A DNA stretch of 64,000 nt from a virus (lineage: Duplodnaviria; Caudoviricetes), in IMG/VR virus record IMGVR_UViG_3300025872_000041, positions 32,001 through 96,000 of that record, one strand, 5' to 3'. Below the pieces are notes generated by a model. The model saw nothing but the letters and a program-made list of their open reading frames with translations, was not told where the DNA came from and did no database searches. Shown piece by piece: positions 12,201 to 19,888 of the stretch. The stretch's first letter is position 1. Every line of letters begins with the position of its first letter. Both the position numbers and the translations under genes were made by a program.

Positions 12201-12805
12201 ATGGAAACTGGAGTACATGGAAAACATTGGTAGAGCAAGAAGGTAACTTGTGTACTATTGTAGGAGGTAACGGAACAGGTTTAGAAGTTCACGGTAATGT
12301 AGGTTACAACCAAGATCCTTTGACTTACTTCTTGATAAGAGGTCAAGCAGACACTAGTTGGAAAGCACTTAAAATACGTCTTACTGGGGATGCTGGAGGT
12401 CAAGACATTGAATTCAGACGTATTGCTGAAAACGGTGCAGACTCAAGAATGTGGTACGTACCTAGAGGCGGAAATACTGTTAACTTTGACTACCCGATTG
12501 TTCAGCCTTCAGATTCTAGACTTAAGGATAACATCACTCCTATCAGTACTCCTGTAGAAAAGATTAAGGCTTTGAGCGGAGTAGAGTTTGATTGGAACTC
12601 AGGTGAGCAAGTAGGCACACATGACGTAGGTCTTATTGCTCAAGATGTTGAGGCAGTACTTCCAGAAGCCGTTACTACTCAAGAAGATGGATACAAGAAC
12701 TTGGCTTACACTAAGATTATTCCTCTCTTGGTAGAAGCAATGAAGGAACAGCAGTCTACCATTGACAGTTTACTTACTCGTATAAAAGCATTAGAGAATA
12801 AATAA
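6206..12805 (+). CDS. Long tail fibre (2199 aa) with C-terminal peptidase S74 chaperone
   Basis: Repeats RAPIFYDSxDTxYYLDPN (x3), SHNHDDRY (x2) and IGSQSVSYA (x3); C-terminal SDSRLKDNI...GVEFDW...VGLIAQDVE...EAMKEQQ. Confidence 0.9.
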   Translation: MANLLSNTTIGGYQSIHTGNIGSYALTSLPSHNHDDRYFTETESDGRFQPLENQRVSTSSTVRFSNTYTTAWFRNDNSNTGLYNESTTMHWSSQANGYWDASSTTGLSAIRFYTGGHVSALRGYLYANSSNEIGFLNSAGNWGLRMDNSYNVQVYGALTVGSGTSADIYMTDTDETTRRIHTNSGRIGFLNSSSNWGAYCDNTGNWFSDHSMRAPIFYDSQDTSYYLDPNGNSRVVNIEAVGFVGFNGNQTRDKLRVWDSGTYTIGMKNGYDYGHLGTDEYAMSFQMNNNSGRGFWWGDEAHNDNQGAASLTTDGRMVIAKSLSIGEGEAVVSPSSVPLYVTGTTSGLDVLAVDGVNGRLFTVTDDLSDSLFSVNTIAGLPVIEAFADNRVNIGKYGSNSITISDSKIAINSDTVDANFPFYVGDRSVAGSRYSLTNKGMGFNLADNYAQLQLFGGNGSYIDFVTSTGQDSGGRIMWNSSNYFIVSGDMYFNNTLYTYTLVDRDNNNYYLNMDGTSRLGTLNINQLSVYGNTYLGDGNGDEVHINDILRVGATDSGDAHFYFGEGSQAGSDYGLHWYWDSGYTFTWNTRNAGTDTALFNYVTNDTTYVNWSRNFNMQNREVNYVSQLHFNAGTRFINNGSNYLNFQVNSDSYGSIQVRDQNSVLKGHLGYFDANGFGLLNSSGSWGIRLNPGNGDTLLYSGGNWKLTTISAGISVNGNVYTNQNFGDGLVGVYSSTRYQGVFAMGDAYKLATDGTSTGSLYGIAWTHTNVGGQSKPGLDHQALFVTNGNTQTAIGTGIWTAGLITTTSYGTSANWIAAYNWGNHASAGYLTGITSGQVTGALGYTPYNSSNPNGYITGYTETNTFLGDGGAADTHPGTDRIIFTGQISTGAALLGMPATDNSNAILNINRHPGEYNSQLGFSSNGSMYYRSFSATAINNSQAWRQVWDSGNLTNLNQLSNGPGYVTSSALSSYVPLSGTTLTEGNYFYFRSNRGSYLGGLDSPSLQAYATGGNAAFMSFHRAGNYAVNFGLDSDNIMRIGGWSASADRWVLDMSGNNTVAGSFRAPIFYDSNDTNYYLDPNSNSNLTNLSIVGYQSIGGTTSNGQSNFQWDGATYQNPNQWTARLILRRDNASTGVNGSIPSLVIFNNNGGDQTTASMVFASNECVVGSNSVNLAGIVAKKESVGNCGGWSSGSLNFFVKNFATRIDSLALTPDGNATFSGLIYSTGYGNSSQWNTAFGWGNHASAGYLTSLPSHNHDDRYYTESESDGRYAYKAGAAGQDFSADKLSSYHLRNHYGVSTNHSYGMYFDNDLSPAYGIYRESGSWDHPYPDLRIAFHTGIKLGANSGYQGIKFYTDYDMVTQVMSVNNGSDPLGAGNVYVNNSLQAGSSLRAPIFYDSNDTGYYLDPNSNSVLNGVGTYKIWNHSLGSNYYFANGDWGFRHTTPSGWIQFGPANSSHAHIYTDRPNFYFNADLLVNGATVITSSSIGSQSVSYATTAGSLTSMNISQFTNNSGYITGISFANVSSKPTTISGYGITDAITTANIGSQSVSYATTAGTANAVAWGNVSSKPSLLMYYQGFTLDANTMDGNSTGFTYSVNAPYTGPIARFSETGYSLQLNAAYSGSGTGIAFRTRNGDAGSFNPWRVLLNDANYTAYSPSLTGSGASGTWGINVTGSAGSVAWTNVSSRPTALSQFSNDLGNYGGFLTSLGFSYSTGVTGNHVVQRDSNGYIYANHVNFNTSETENPTISSFITSNGDGWSRKSSIAHVRNQLGNYGGWLTTSGKAADSELFDGTDSIYFVKGNGVNTLGYRTTGNSGANSAGGLSSGFYDGSGMSNMPTSDWYHLIVNAHHNSSTSNQYEFHIATAFWNKSDFFVRSISPGDVGPWRTLVHNGNIGSQSVSYASTAGSATTAGSATMAQQLSKFGDIYGQDWNSYYVSGKLIVSNALGHSGANRPNLTYDYGVALSYGETGGPLLQMYFPENSGNIGTIFRKGTYRTGWNGNWSTWKTLVEQEGNLCTIVGGNGTGLEVHGNVGYNQDPLTYFLIRGQADTSWKALKIRLTGDAGGQDIEFRRIAENGADSRMWYVPRGGNTVNFDYPIVQPSDSRLKDNITPISTPVEKIKALSGVEFDWNSGEQVGTHDVGLIAQDVEAVLPEAVTTQEDGYKNLAYTKIIPLLVEAMKEQQSTIDSLLTRIKALENK

Positions 12806-12817
12806 TTATATTTGTAT

Positions 12818-13528
12818 ATGGCACTACATCATGGTCCTATAATTCCAGGAATTGTTTTAAATCGTGAATACTACTTAGATCCCGTGTTAGGAAAATCCTA
12901 TAACGGTAGTACCTCTGCTAGTAATCTTGTTGCAAACTCAATTTATAATCCTATTAACGCTACTGCTAATTTAACAAATGGTGCTGAGTTTTCTTCTCTT
13001 GGTGCAGGATCGTTTTTCTTTGATGGTAGTAATGACCAAATTAGATATGATTTAGGAGCTAATACATATAATCCTTTAGGTTTACCTGAAATTTGTACCG
13101 TATATGCTTGGGTATATCCTATATCTTCTACAGGAGGAATATTTTCACACTATAGTGGTGGACCTGTAAATTTAGGATATGAATTAGCGGGTGGAAAGAT
13201 TGGAGTGTATCAGTACTACACTGAATGGAGAGAGTATATTAGTACAGGTCCTTCTGTTCCTTTGAATACTTGGTCTCAGATTGCATGGGTTAGAAACAGT
13301 TCTACTACTATGAATTTATATTTAAATGATAGTTTGAATGGGACTCTAACTGCTGATACTGGTACAGGACAATACTTTGGAGGAGGTAACCAAGGAGTCT
13401 TAGGTTCTTTGTGGGGATGGAGATTTTTTAATGGTTATATTGGTGTGTTTATGATTTATTCTGAGGCACATAATTTATCTAAAGTACAACAGACTTTTAA
13501 CATGTACCGTAGTCGGTATGGTGTATAA
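12818..13528 (+). CDS. LamG/concanavalin A-like lectin domain virion protein
   Basis: FFFDGSND, TVYAWV, WSQIAWVR, LYLN and FNGYIG motifs, and C-terminal QQTFNMYRSRYGV. The ATG at 12818 is preferred over the TTG at 12812. Confidence 0.75.
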   Translation: MALHHGPIIPGIVLNREYYLDPVLGKSYNGSTSASNLVANSIYNPINATANLTNGAEFSSLGAGSFFFDGSNDQIRYDLGANTYNPLGLPEICTVYAWVYPISSTGGIFSHYSGGPVNLGYELAGGKIGVYQYYTEWREYISTGPSVPLNTWSQIAWVRNSSTTMNLYLNDSLNGTLTADTGTGQYFGGGNQGVLGSLWGWRFFNGYIGVFMIYSEAHNLSKVQQTFNMYRSRYGV

Positions 13529-13542
13529 ATACAACTAAAGCA

Positions 13543-14673
13543 ATGCCAACTAAAGTAGGACCTAAAACAGTTAAACAAGGTTTAACATTCTCTTTTAACA
13601 CAAAGGACATTAAGAATTCTTATTTAGGCAAGCCTATTGTAAATTATATATCTACAATAGGAAATCCTGCAGAGGTTATGTCTAGAGGTGAGTTTGGTCA
13701 ATATTATAATCTTGTCCCAATTTTTGAAACATATGGTTTAATACCTTATACTCTTTCTATGGAAATGAAGGGTAATATTTTTGGAGACTGTCTTGTTTAT
13801 ATGCAGAATGGTTCATATACTAAGTATGGATTTGTAGGTCAATGGGTAACTTTAACAACAGAGTGGCAACGTTTTGTATTTCCTAATATTACGCCTTCTG
13901 GTCCAGACGCTACTTGGCAAGCAAATACTCCTGGAGATAACAGAGCAATGCTTGCTACTTATACTATCTATGGTACAGGAAGAAATCCTACAGTTAGAAA
14001 TGTTCAGATAGAAGCAGGACCTTATGTTAGTCCTTTTACAGTAGGAACAAGATCTACAACGGAAGCTTTAAAAGATCTTACTGGTAATACTACAATTACT
14101 CTTACAAATCTTTCTTATAATTCTTCAGGTCAAATTGTTTTTGATGGAACAGATGACTATTTAACACTTTCTTCAGGGTTCTATCCTACAAGCAGTTGTA
14201 GTGTAGAATTTGTTTTTAGACATACCCATAATCTTGTTGGATCTAGATATCTTCTTTATGGTGCCGGAGGAATAGGATTTACAATATTTATGAGAGGAGA
14301 TTGGGCTGGTGATCTTTTATATTTTTTAAGAAGAGTTAATAATAGTGGAAACTATGGTGATTCCGCTTGGGGATATACTACCGGTATATATTATTCAGCT
14401 CCTGCTAATGAAACAATTCATTTTATATTTACACATGAGGCAGGAACTGGACAGTTTAAATGCTATAAGAATGGTGTACTTGTTAGAACAATAGATGGCA
14501 ACTTAAAAGATTCTGGAGGTTTAAATACTACTCAAGCAGTACACTATATAGGAGGAACTCCTGGAGATAACTTTCCAATGACTCTTCCTGTATTTAAAGT
14601 TTATAATAGAGTTCTTCTAGCCTCTGAGGTGGTAGAGAATTTTAATGCAATTAAAACACAACATAATATTTAA
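13543..14673 (+). CDS. LamG-like lectin protein with N-terminal carbohydrate-binding-like domain
   Basis: LTTEWQRF and NVQIEAG (CBM-like), then FDGTDDY...YKNG...KVYNRVL..EVVENFNA; paralogous to its neighbours. Confidence 0.75.
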   Translation: MPTKVGPKTVKQGLTFSFNTKDIKNSYLGKPIVNYISTIGNPAEVMSRGEFGQYYNLVPIFETYGLIPYTLSMEMKGNIFGDCLVYMQNGSYTKYGFVGQWVTLTTEWQRFVFPNITPSGPDATWQANTPGDNRAMLATYTIYGTGRNPTVRNVQIEAGPYVSPFTVGTRSTTEALKDLTGNTTITLTNLSYNSSGQIVFDGTDDYLTLSSGFYPTSSCSVEFVFRHTHNLVGSRYLLYGAGGIGFTIFMRGDWAGDLLYFLRRVNNSGNYGDSAWGYTTGIYYSAPANETIHFIFTHEAGTGQFKCYKNGVLVRTIDGNLKDSGGLNTTQAVHYIGGTPGDNFPMTLPVFKVYNRVLLASEVVENFNAIKTQHNI

Positions 14674-14675
14674 TA

Positions 14676-15962
14676 ATGGGAATAACACAGGGATATGGTC
14701 AGATAGTAAAAGACTCTTTAGTATTATCTATTGACACTAAAGACATGCTTAATTGCTATAAAGGTAAGCCAGGGACAAATATTCTTGGTACACCTGTTCA
14801 ATGGGGAGGTAATGCTAATCTAGTAAACTATGCAAATGGTCAAAGTTACTTTAGCCAAGTCGGACAAGAACAAGCTTATATTCCCCAATTAGGAGAAAAA
14901 ACAGTACAGTATGTTTTAATTAGGAATGACTACAATTGTTGTGGTTGTGGGGACTACTGTTATTGTTGTCCTTCGCTATGGAGGTACGGAGATTGGGGAG
15001 TCCCTATTGAAGCTTCTACTACTTACACTTATTCTATTATTTATAAAACACAATCTGGTTACACACATCCGAATTTTATGTATCATTATCAGTATGGTCC
15101 TTCTGGATACGTTACTGAATATGGAGTACATACAGAAGGGCAAAGAACTCATTTAGGGGATGGTTGGTATTTTGCTTGGAACTACCTAACAACAAGTGCA
15201 AGTACAAGTATGTTTTATCCTGGAATGTGGTACTATCAATATGGAGTTCCAGACAAGGTCTCTTTAGCTGCGGTAAATCTTGTAAAAGGAACAGAGATAC
15301 AAGATCCTAGACAAATGTTTTTACCTTTAGCTACTAGAACAACGACTCAATCTGTACTTGATCTTACAAACAATAGTACTTCTATAACAGTAGTTAATAC
15401 ACCATTTGGCACTAACATGCAACTAGAATTTGATGGAACTAACTCACACGTAGTTATAGAAAATCCATTAGTTTATGCTTCTAATACAAGAAGTTTTGAA
15501 ATGGTCTTTAAAACATATGGGGGATCTATGATGCCTATAGCAGTTATGACAAATGCTTCATCTATTACTTTCTATGAAAGATTCTGGTTAGGTATAGAAA
15601 ACAATAGAGCGCAGTGGCATGGATGGGGATCATCAGATCCTCAAGGATCAAAAGTAGTAACAGATGGTAACTGGCATCATGTTGTCTTTACTTACAATAA
15701 TAGTAATAAACAAATGAAAGTTTACACTGATGGTGTACTTGAAGTTACTGCTACAAATGATACTGAAGGTTCTAATATTTCAGCGTCTTCTGCACAGAGG
15801 TGGTATTTAGGGCATGACCCTATATCGCAACAATGGTATGGAGGTGCACCATCTCAGTTTAATGGGGAGATAGGTGTATTTAAACAATACAATAAGATAC
15901 TTTCAGATTCGGAAGTATTACAAAATTTTAATCACTACAAAACAAGATACAACATTTTTTAA
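14676..15962 (+). CDS. LamG-like lectin protein with Cys-rich insertion
   Basis: FDGTNSH, DGNWHHVVFTY, VYTDG, FNGEIG and YNKILSDSEVLQNFN motifs; contains NCCGCGDYCYCCP. Confidence 0.78.
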   Translation: MGITQGYGQIVKDSLVLSIDTKDMLNCYKGKPGTNILGTPVQWGGNANLVNYANGQSYFSQVGQEQAYIPQLGEKTVQYVLIRNDYNCCGCGDYCYCCPSLWRYGDWGVPIEASTTYTYSIIYKTQSGYTHPNFMYHYQYGPSGYVTEYGVHTEGQRTHLGDGWYFAWNYLTTSASTSMFYPGMWYYQYGVPDKVSLAAVNLVKGTEIQDPRQMFLPLATRTTTQSVLDLTNNSTSITVVNTPFGTNMQLEFDGTNSHVVIENPLVYASNTRSFEMVFKTYGGSMMPIAVMTNASSITFYERFWLGIENNRAQWHGWGSSDPQGSKVVTDGNWHHVVFTYNNSNKQMKVYTDGVLEVTATNDTEGSNISASSAQRWYLGHDPISQQWYGGAPSQFNGEIGVFKQYNKILSDSEVLQNFNHYKTRYNIF

Positions 15963-15964
15963 TT

Positions 15965-16312
15965 ATGACACATTTTATAAATCGCAGATGGCTAATTATT
16001 CCCGCTACAGCAGTAGAAAGCATTAACTTTGATGAGATATTAGAAAACTCTTTAGATACTTTAAGATACTCTGTAGATGGTACGAAAACTTTTATTAAGT
16101 ACAATCTTGTAGAAACTACAGAAACTGAAGTAGAAACTGTTAACTCTGAAACGGGTGAAAAGTTAATTGTAACCGTTCCTGCAGGTATTTACGGTAGACC
16201 TAACATTTATCAAGAAGGTATGAAAGAGTATACTCATGAGGAAATTCTAGAATTGTTATCTACGGATGAATGGAACACAAGTGACAACCCGTTAAGTAAC
16301 TTGACAAAATAA
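15965..16312 (+). CDS. Small acidic hypothetical protein, tail-associated by context
   Basis: Clean ORF starting 2 nt after the previous stop; motifs TLRYSVDGTKTFIKY and YTHEEILELL..EW. Confidence 0.7.
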   Translation: MTHFINRRWLIIPATAVESINFDEILENSLDTLRYSVDGTKTFIKYNLVETTETEVETVNSETGEKLIVTVPAGIYGRPNIYQEGMKEYTHEEILELLSTDEWNTSDNPLSNLTK

Positions 16313-16331
16313 ACTTTATTGAGTATATTTG
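16301..16331 (+). promoter_or_regulatory. Bacteroidota primary-sigma promoter candidate (TTG-N20-TATATTTG)
   Basis: Matches the -33 TTG / -7 TAnnTTTG consensus upstream of the ORF at 16368; overlaps a TATATT-N5-TGTA motif. Confidence 0.5.
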
Positions 16332-16367
16332 TTATGTATACAAATCTAAAATTATAATTTTACAACA

Positions 16368-16874
16368 ATGGCACTTAAAATCACAAAAAGCATTGGTACC
16401 GATAAAGGTATTACCAATGAAGCTTACGTACGTATTGCTGACTACCAAATCTCTAAGAGTGGTAACGCTAACTTCCGTATTCAATTATTCATGAGCGCTG
16501 CAGATGCAGTAGCTTCTCCTAACGCTATGGCTCCTATTGACGGAGGTCAAGCACGTAACCAACAAATTGGTGAGTACTTGTCTATTCCTTTGACTAAGCA
16601 AGTTGAAGAGACTAAGACTCGCACTATGATGCAGCCTGTACAGAAGGACGTAGTTAAGACTCGTACTATCACTAACGAAGCAGGTGAAGAAGTATCAGAA
16701 GAGTACACTGTACAAGAGTACGTAACTGAAGAAGTTACTGAAGAGTACACCGTTACTTTGACTGTTCCTGATTTGTCTTCTGCAGAAGGTGTTGACATTT
16801 TTGCATTTGGTTATAGCCACTTGAAAGCCAAACTTGTCAGTTTATTCTCTGCCGCAAAGGTAGAAGACTGCTAA
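16368..16874 (+). CDS. Hypothetical protein, possibly tail-fibre associated
   Basis: Clean ORF with an A-rich leader and a Glu/Thr/Val-rich internal segment; no family recognised. Confidence 0.75.
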   Translation: MALKITKSIGTDKGITNEAYVRIADYQISKSGNANFRIQLFMSAADAVASPNAMAPIDGGQARNQQIGEYLSIPLTKQVEETKTRTMMQPVQKDVVKTRTITNEAGEEVSEEYTVQEYVTEEVTEEYTVTLTVPDLSSAEGVDIFAFGYSHLKAKLVSLFSAAKVEDC

Positions 16875-16907
16875 TTTGGCATAGTTTAAAGAAAAGTATT
16901 ATATTTG
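16875..16907 (+). promoter_or_regulatory. Bacteroidota primary-sigma promoter (TTTG-N21-TATATTTG)
   Basis: Exact match to the TTTG / TAnnTTTG consensus, 24 nt upstream of the ATG at 16932. Confidence 0.7.
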
Positions 16908-16931
16908 CATAAACCAACTAAATATATAATC

Positions 16932-17213
16932 ATGGCTACCAAATTAACTGAACAAGAAATCGAAGCAATCAAAGGCTTCCAGCAAAAGACTCAAAACGTA
17001 ATTATGGATTTGGGTAAGATCGAACTTCAAATGAATGACTTGCTTTCTGTAAAAGAGAAAGTAAAAGAAGCAATGGCTGAAGTAGTAAAAGAACAGAATG
17101 AGTTCTTCCAATCTATTGAAGCTAACTACGGTAAAGGTCAGATCAATTTGGATACCTTTGAGCACATTGCTGCTGAAGCTCCTGCAGAACCTACTATGTC
17201 TGTAGTAGAGTAA
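16932..17213 (+). CDS. Small coiled-coil protein, possible fibre assembly chaperone
   Basis: The ATG at 16932 is preferred because the TTG at 16905 lies inside the promoter. It has a heptad pattern followed by YGKGQINLDT. Confidence 0.7.
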   Translation: MATKLTEQEIEAIKGFQQKTQNVIMDLGKIELQMNDLLSVKEKVKEAMAEVVKEQNEFFQSIEANYGKGQINLDTFEHIAAEAPAEPTMSVVE

Positions 17214-17237
17214 TCTCTAATTATTTTTAATTTTAAT

Positions 17238-17264
17238 AAAAAGACTCCTTCGGGGGTCTTTTTT
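17238..17264 (+). terminator. Intrinsic terminator, probably bidirectional
   Basis: AAAAAGACTCC-TTCG-GGGGTCTTTTTT: stem, UUCG tetraloop and A/T tracts on both sides. Confidence 0.9.
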
Positions 17265-17286
17265 ATTAGTGATTAATTGTTTATAT

Positions 17287-17302
17287 TATAGTGTACACTA
17301 TA
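17287..17302. repeat. Perfect 16-bp palindrome TATAGTGTACACTATA
   Basis: Self-reverse-complementary and intergenic, overlapping a TATATT-N4-TGTA motif upstream of 17329. Confidence 0.8.
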
Positions 17303-17328
17303 GTCGTGTACTCTTATATTTATAAAAA

Positions 17329-18867
17329 ATGCTTCCCGTAGGTTCAAATTATAAAAGCACAGGATGTTCAGAGGTATCATCTAACTGCGTTATCTGGCAA
17401 GGTCCTAACATTCCTTGTTTAAGTCTTTGTAAAGGAGATACAGTAAGTGAAGTAGTTGCAAAACTGGGTGAACAGTTATGTGATGTTTTAACTGATTGCT
17501 GTATTGATATTGCAACTTTAAACTTATCATGTCTTAGTTTAGGTTCTACACCAGCTAATTCTACAGCTTTAATACAAGCTTTAGTAACTAAAATTTGTAG
17601 TTTACAATCACAGATTAGTGCTATTAGTGTTCCTCCTGCAGCTAATTTAACTTGTTCAGTAGCAGCTTGTTTGCAAGCAGCCGCTGGTGGTGCAACATTA
17701 GGTGTTGTATCATATGCCCAGTTATTAGGAACTAGGCTTTGTACATTAGAAACAACAGTTACTACTTTACAATCTAGTGTAGTTAGTAATAGTAATTCTA
17801 TTACAACTATTAATAACACCCTTTCTTCTTTAAGTACAAACTATGCACCTAAGAATTCTACTTACGTTTGTTTAAGTAGTGGTTCTGCACCATTGACTAC
17901 AATTGTTTCTACTATTGAACAGAAGCTTTGTGATCTACAATCAGTTGTTGGAACTCCGGCTTTATTATCAGCCAGCATTGTTCCTTACTGTGATATCTCT
18001 AATGAGCCTGCTTTAAGTACTACTGGTACTATGGCAAGTGCTTATTCAGATAGATGGAAGACTACTGTATCTACTGTAGCAGATAGCGTAAATAATCTTT
18101 GGATTACAATCTGTGATTTACGTAATGAAATTGAGTCATTAAAAGCATGTTGCACTAAAACTTGTGCTGATATTGATTTAGGTTTCTTATTAGATATGAC
18201 ATCTAGTACAAACTTACGTGTACGGTTAACCGGCACTAGTGTAATTCCTTCAGGTTTTGTACAATGTCCTACACCAGGATCAACTATTACATTATCTGTA
18301 GCATCTCCAGTAAGTAATATTCCTTTTACTGAGACCTACAACTTCCCTAATATTGCTAACTTAATTGGTGGTACTAACTATTATGATTTGAACTTGTCTA
18401 GCACTCAGTTAGATTTGTCTGGTTCTTATCAAGTAGCTATTGCTTATTGTTTCACTGATAACCAAGGTTTGGTTTGTCAGAATACTTTAACCTACAACGT
18501 TACCTCTAATATTAGTTGTCCTACATTATCATTATCTTCTGCTTTATCTGGAACAACCTATACTCTTAGTTATAGCTTTAATAACGTTTACTCGTCTAGC
18601 TCTACTAAGAAATATAGAATCAAATTGTATACTAATGCTGATGCATTGCTTTCACAAAGTACTACTAACATTGCAAATACATATGGTGGAACTATTAGTG
18701 GTACACTTCAAGGTCTTACAGTTGGAACCTACAAGGTAGAAATTTCAATTATTGATGTAGCATCTGGAGTAGATGTAGTTAGCAAAGTTTGTCCTAAACA
18801 AACTACTGTTGTTGGTTCAGGCAGTTGTCCTCCAATAAGCAACCTTAATTCCTTTATAATTAACTAA
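17329..18867 (+). CDS. Cys-rich putative virion protein with coiled-coil segments and a beta-rich C-terminus
   Basis: More than 20 Cys; SSNCVIWQGPNIPCL motif; repeated (K/R)(I/L)CxL heptad starts; Ser/Thr-rich Ig/FN3-like tail. Confidence 0.7.
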   Translation: MLPVGSNYKSTGCSEVSSNCVIWQGPNIPCLSLCKGDTVSEVVAKLGEQLCDVLTDCCIDIATLNLSCLSLGSTPANSTALIQALVTKICSLQSQISAISVPPAANLTCSVAACLQAAAGGATLGVVSYAQLLGTRLCTLETTVTTLQSSVVSNSNSITTINNTLSSLSTNYAPKNSTYVCLSSGSAPLTTIVSTIEQKLCDLQSVVGTPALLSASIVPYCDISNEPALSTTGTMASAYSDRWKTTVSTVADSVNNLWITICDLRNEIESLKACCTKTCADIDLGFLLDMTSSTNLRVRLTGTSVIPSGFVQCPTPGSTITLSVASPVSNIPFTETYNFPNIANLIGGTNYYDLNLSSTQLDLSGSYQVAIAYCFTDNQGLVCQNTLTYNVTSNISCPTLSLSSALSGTTYTLSYSFNNVYSSSSTKKYRIKLYTNADALLSQSTTNIANTYGGTISGTLQGLTVGTYKVEISIIDVASGVDVVSKVCPKQTTVVGSGSCPPISNLNSFIIN

Positions 18868-18869
18868 TC

Positions 18870-19406
18870 ATGAGCTGTAATTGTCAACCAAAACCCTGTG
18901 GCTGTGAGGATACCAAATTGGTATCCCCAGTTACTACTGAATGTGCTATCTCTGAACTATGTGATGAGGTAGTAAGTTTTGAATGCGTTAAATATACCGG
19001 TAATGATATTTATACTATTGATATCAAGAAGAATGAGCGTCTTGATTTAGTAGTAAAAAAATTAGTATTATATTTAACTAATCCAAACTGCTTTAATCCA
19101 CTAGCTACTTGTCAATCAATCAAGAATTTTAATATTAGTAATGTTAAACAAACCGAAGCAACTGTCAGTTATACTGTTCCTGGTGCTCCTGCTACTATTA
19201 CTTCAACTAAATTACAATGGTCTACAGACCCTGCGTTTGTAACGGTTACAGGTTCTCAGTCAATTCTTGTTAGTGCTACGCCTAAGTGGACTATTATTAA
19301 CTTGTCAGCAAACACAACTTATTATGTAAGATTACTTACTAGTACTTCTGGTAGTGCTGATTGCTGTACATCTATCACCTTATCATTTAAAACATTAACA
19401 ACCTAA
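18870..19406 (+). CDS. Cys-rich protein with a C-terminal FN3-like domain
   Basis: N-terminal CNCQPKPCGC; CVKYTG motif paralogous to CVIWQG of the upstream gene; FN3 signature INLSANTTYYVRL. Confidence 0.72.
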   Translation: MSCNCQPKPCGCEDTKLVSPVTTECAISELCDEVVSFECVKYTGNDIYTIDIKKNERLDLVVKKLVLYLTNPNCFNPLATCQSIKNFNISNVKQTEATVSYTVPGAPATITSTKLQWSTDPAFVTVTGSQSILVSATPKWTIINLSANTTYYVRLLTSTSGSADCCTSITLSFKTLTT

Positions 19407-19849
19407 TGGCATCTTTATATTTAACTTTTACTCCTCCTAATCCTATACCAGCTCTTGGTTATTTGGTAAAATACAGAGTTAATTCTCCTCAAGGAGCATG
19501 GCAAAGTATGGTTTTTCCACAATCTAGTGGACCAATTCAGTTAGCAGGATTAACATCAACTGTTTATGATGTTGAAGTATATGCACGTTGTGGTTCTGGC
19601 GAAGACGTAACGCTTAGCTTAGTATCATCTGATACAACTATTGTACAAAGTTGTACTAGTTATACAGTTAATAATCCTACAGGAAGTGCTAAGCTTTTAA
19701 ACTATGAAGCTTGTGGTACAAGTGGTGAAGAAGTTAATTTAAATATTAATGCTGGAACTACTATTTCATTATGTATTGTTACTGGACAGTATACAGCCGC
19801 TTCGGGATTAGTTGTTACCGCAGGTAGTGCTTGCGTACCACCACTTTAA
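19406..19849 (+). CDS. Small FN3-like protein
   Basis: GYLVKYR...W...LAGLTSTVYDVEVYARC pattern; start overlaps the previous stop (TAATG). Confidence 0.68.
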   Translation: MASLYLTFTPPNPIPALGYLVKYRVNSPQGAWQSMVFPQSSGPIQLAGLTSTVYDVEVYARCGSGEDVTLSLVSSDTTIVQSCTSYTVNNPTGSAKLLNYEACGTSGEEVNLNINAGTTISLCIVTGQYTAASGLVVTAGSACVPPL

Positions 19850-19888
19850 TTTGGATAATTAAAAATCATTTACTATATTAATATTGTA

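Noticed and set aside
1-16312. Diversity-generating retroelement acting on the fibre or lectin genes
   Set aside because: No reverse transcriptase is present, and I saw no ~100-bp repeat pair differing only at adenines. Repeats differ mainly at synonymous sites. A DGR elsewhere in the genome is not excluded.
16905-16931. TTG start for the 102-aa ORF
   Set aside because: It lies inside the -7 promoter element; the ATG at 16932 has a typical A-rich leader.
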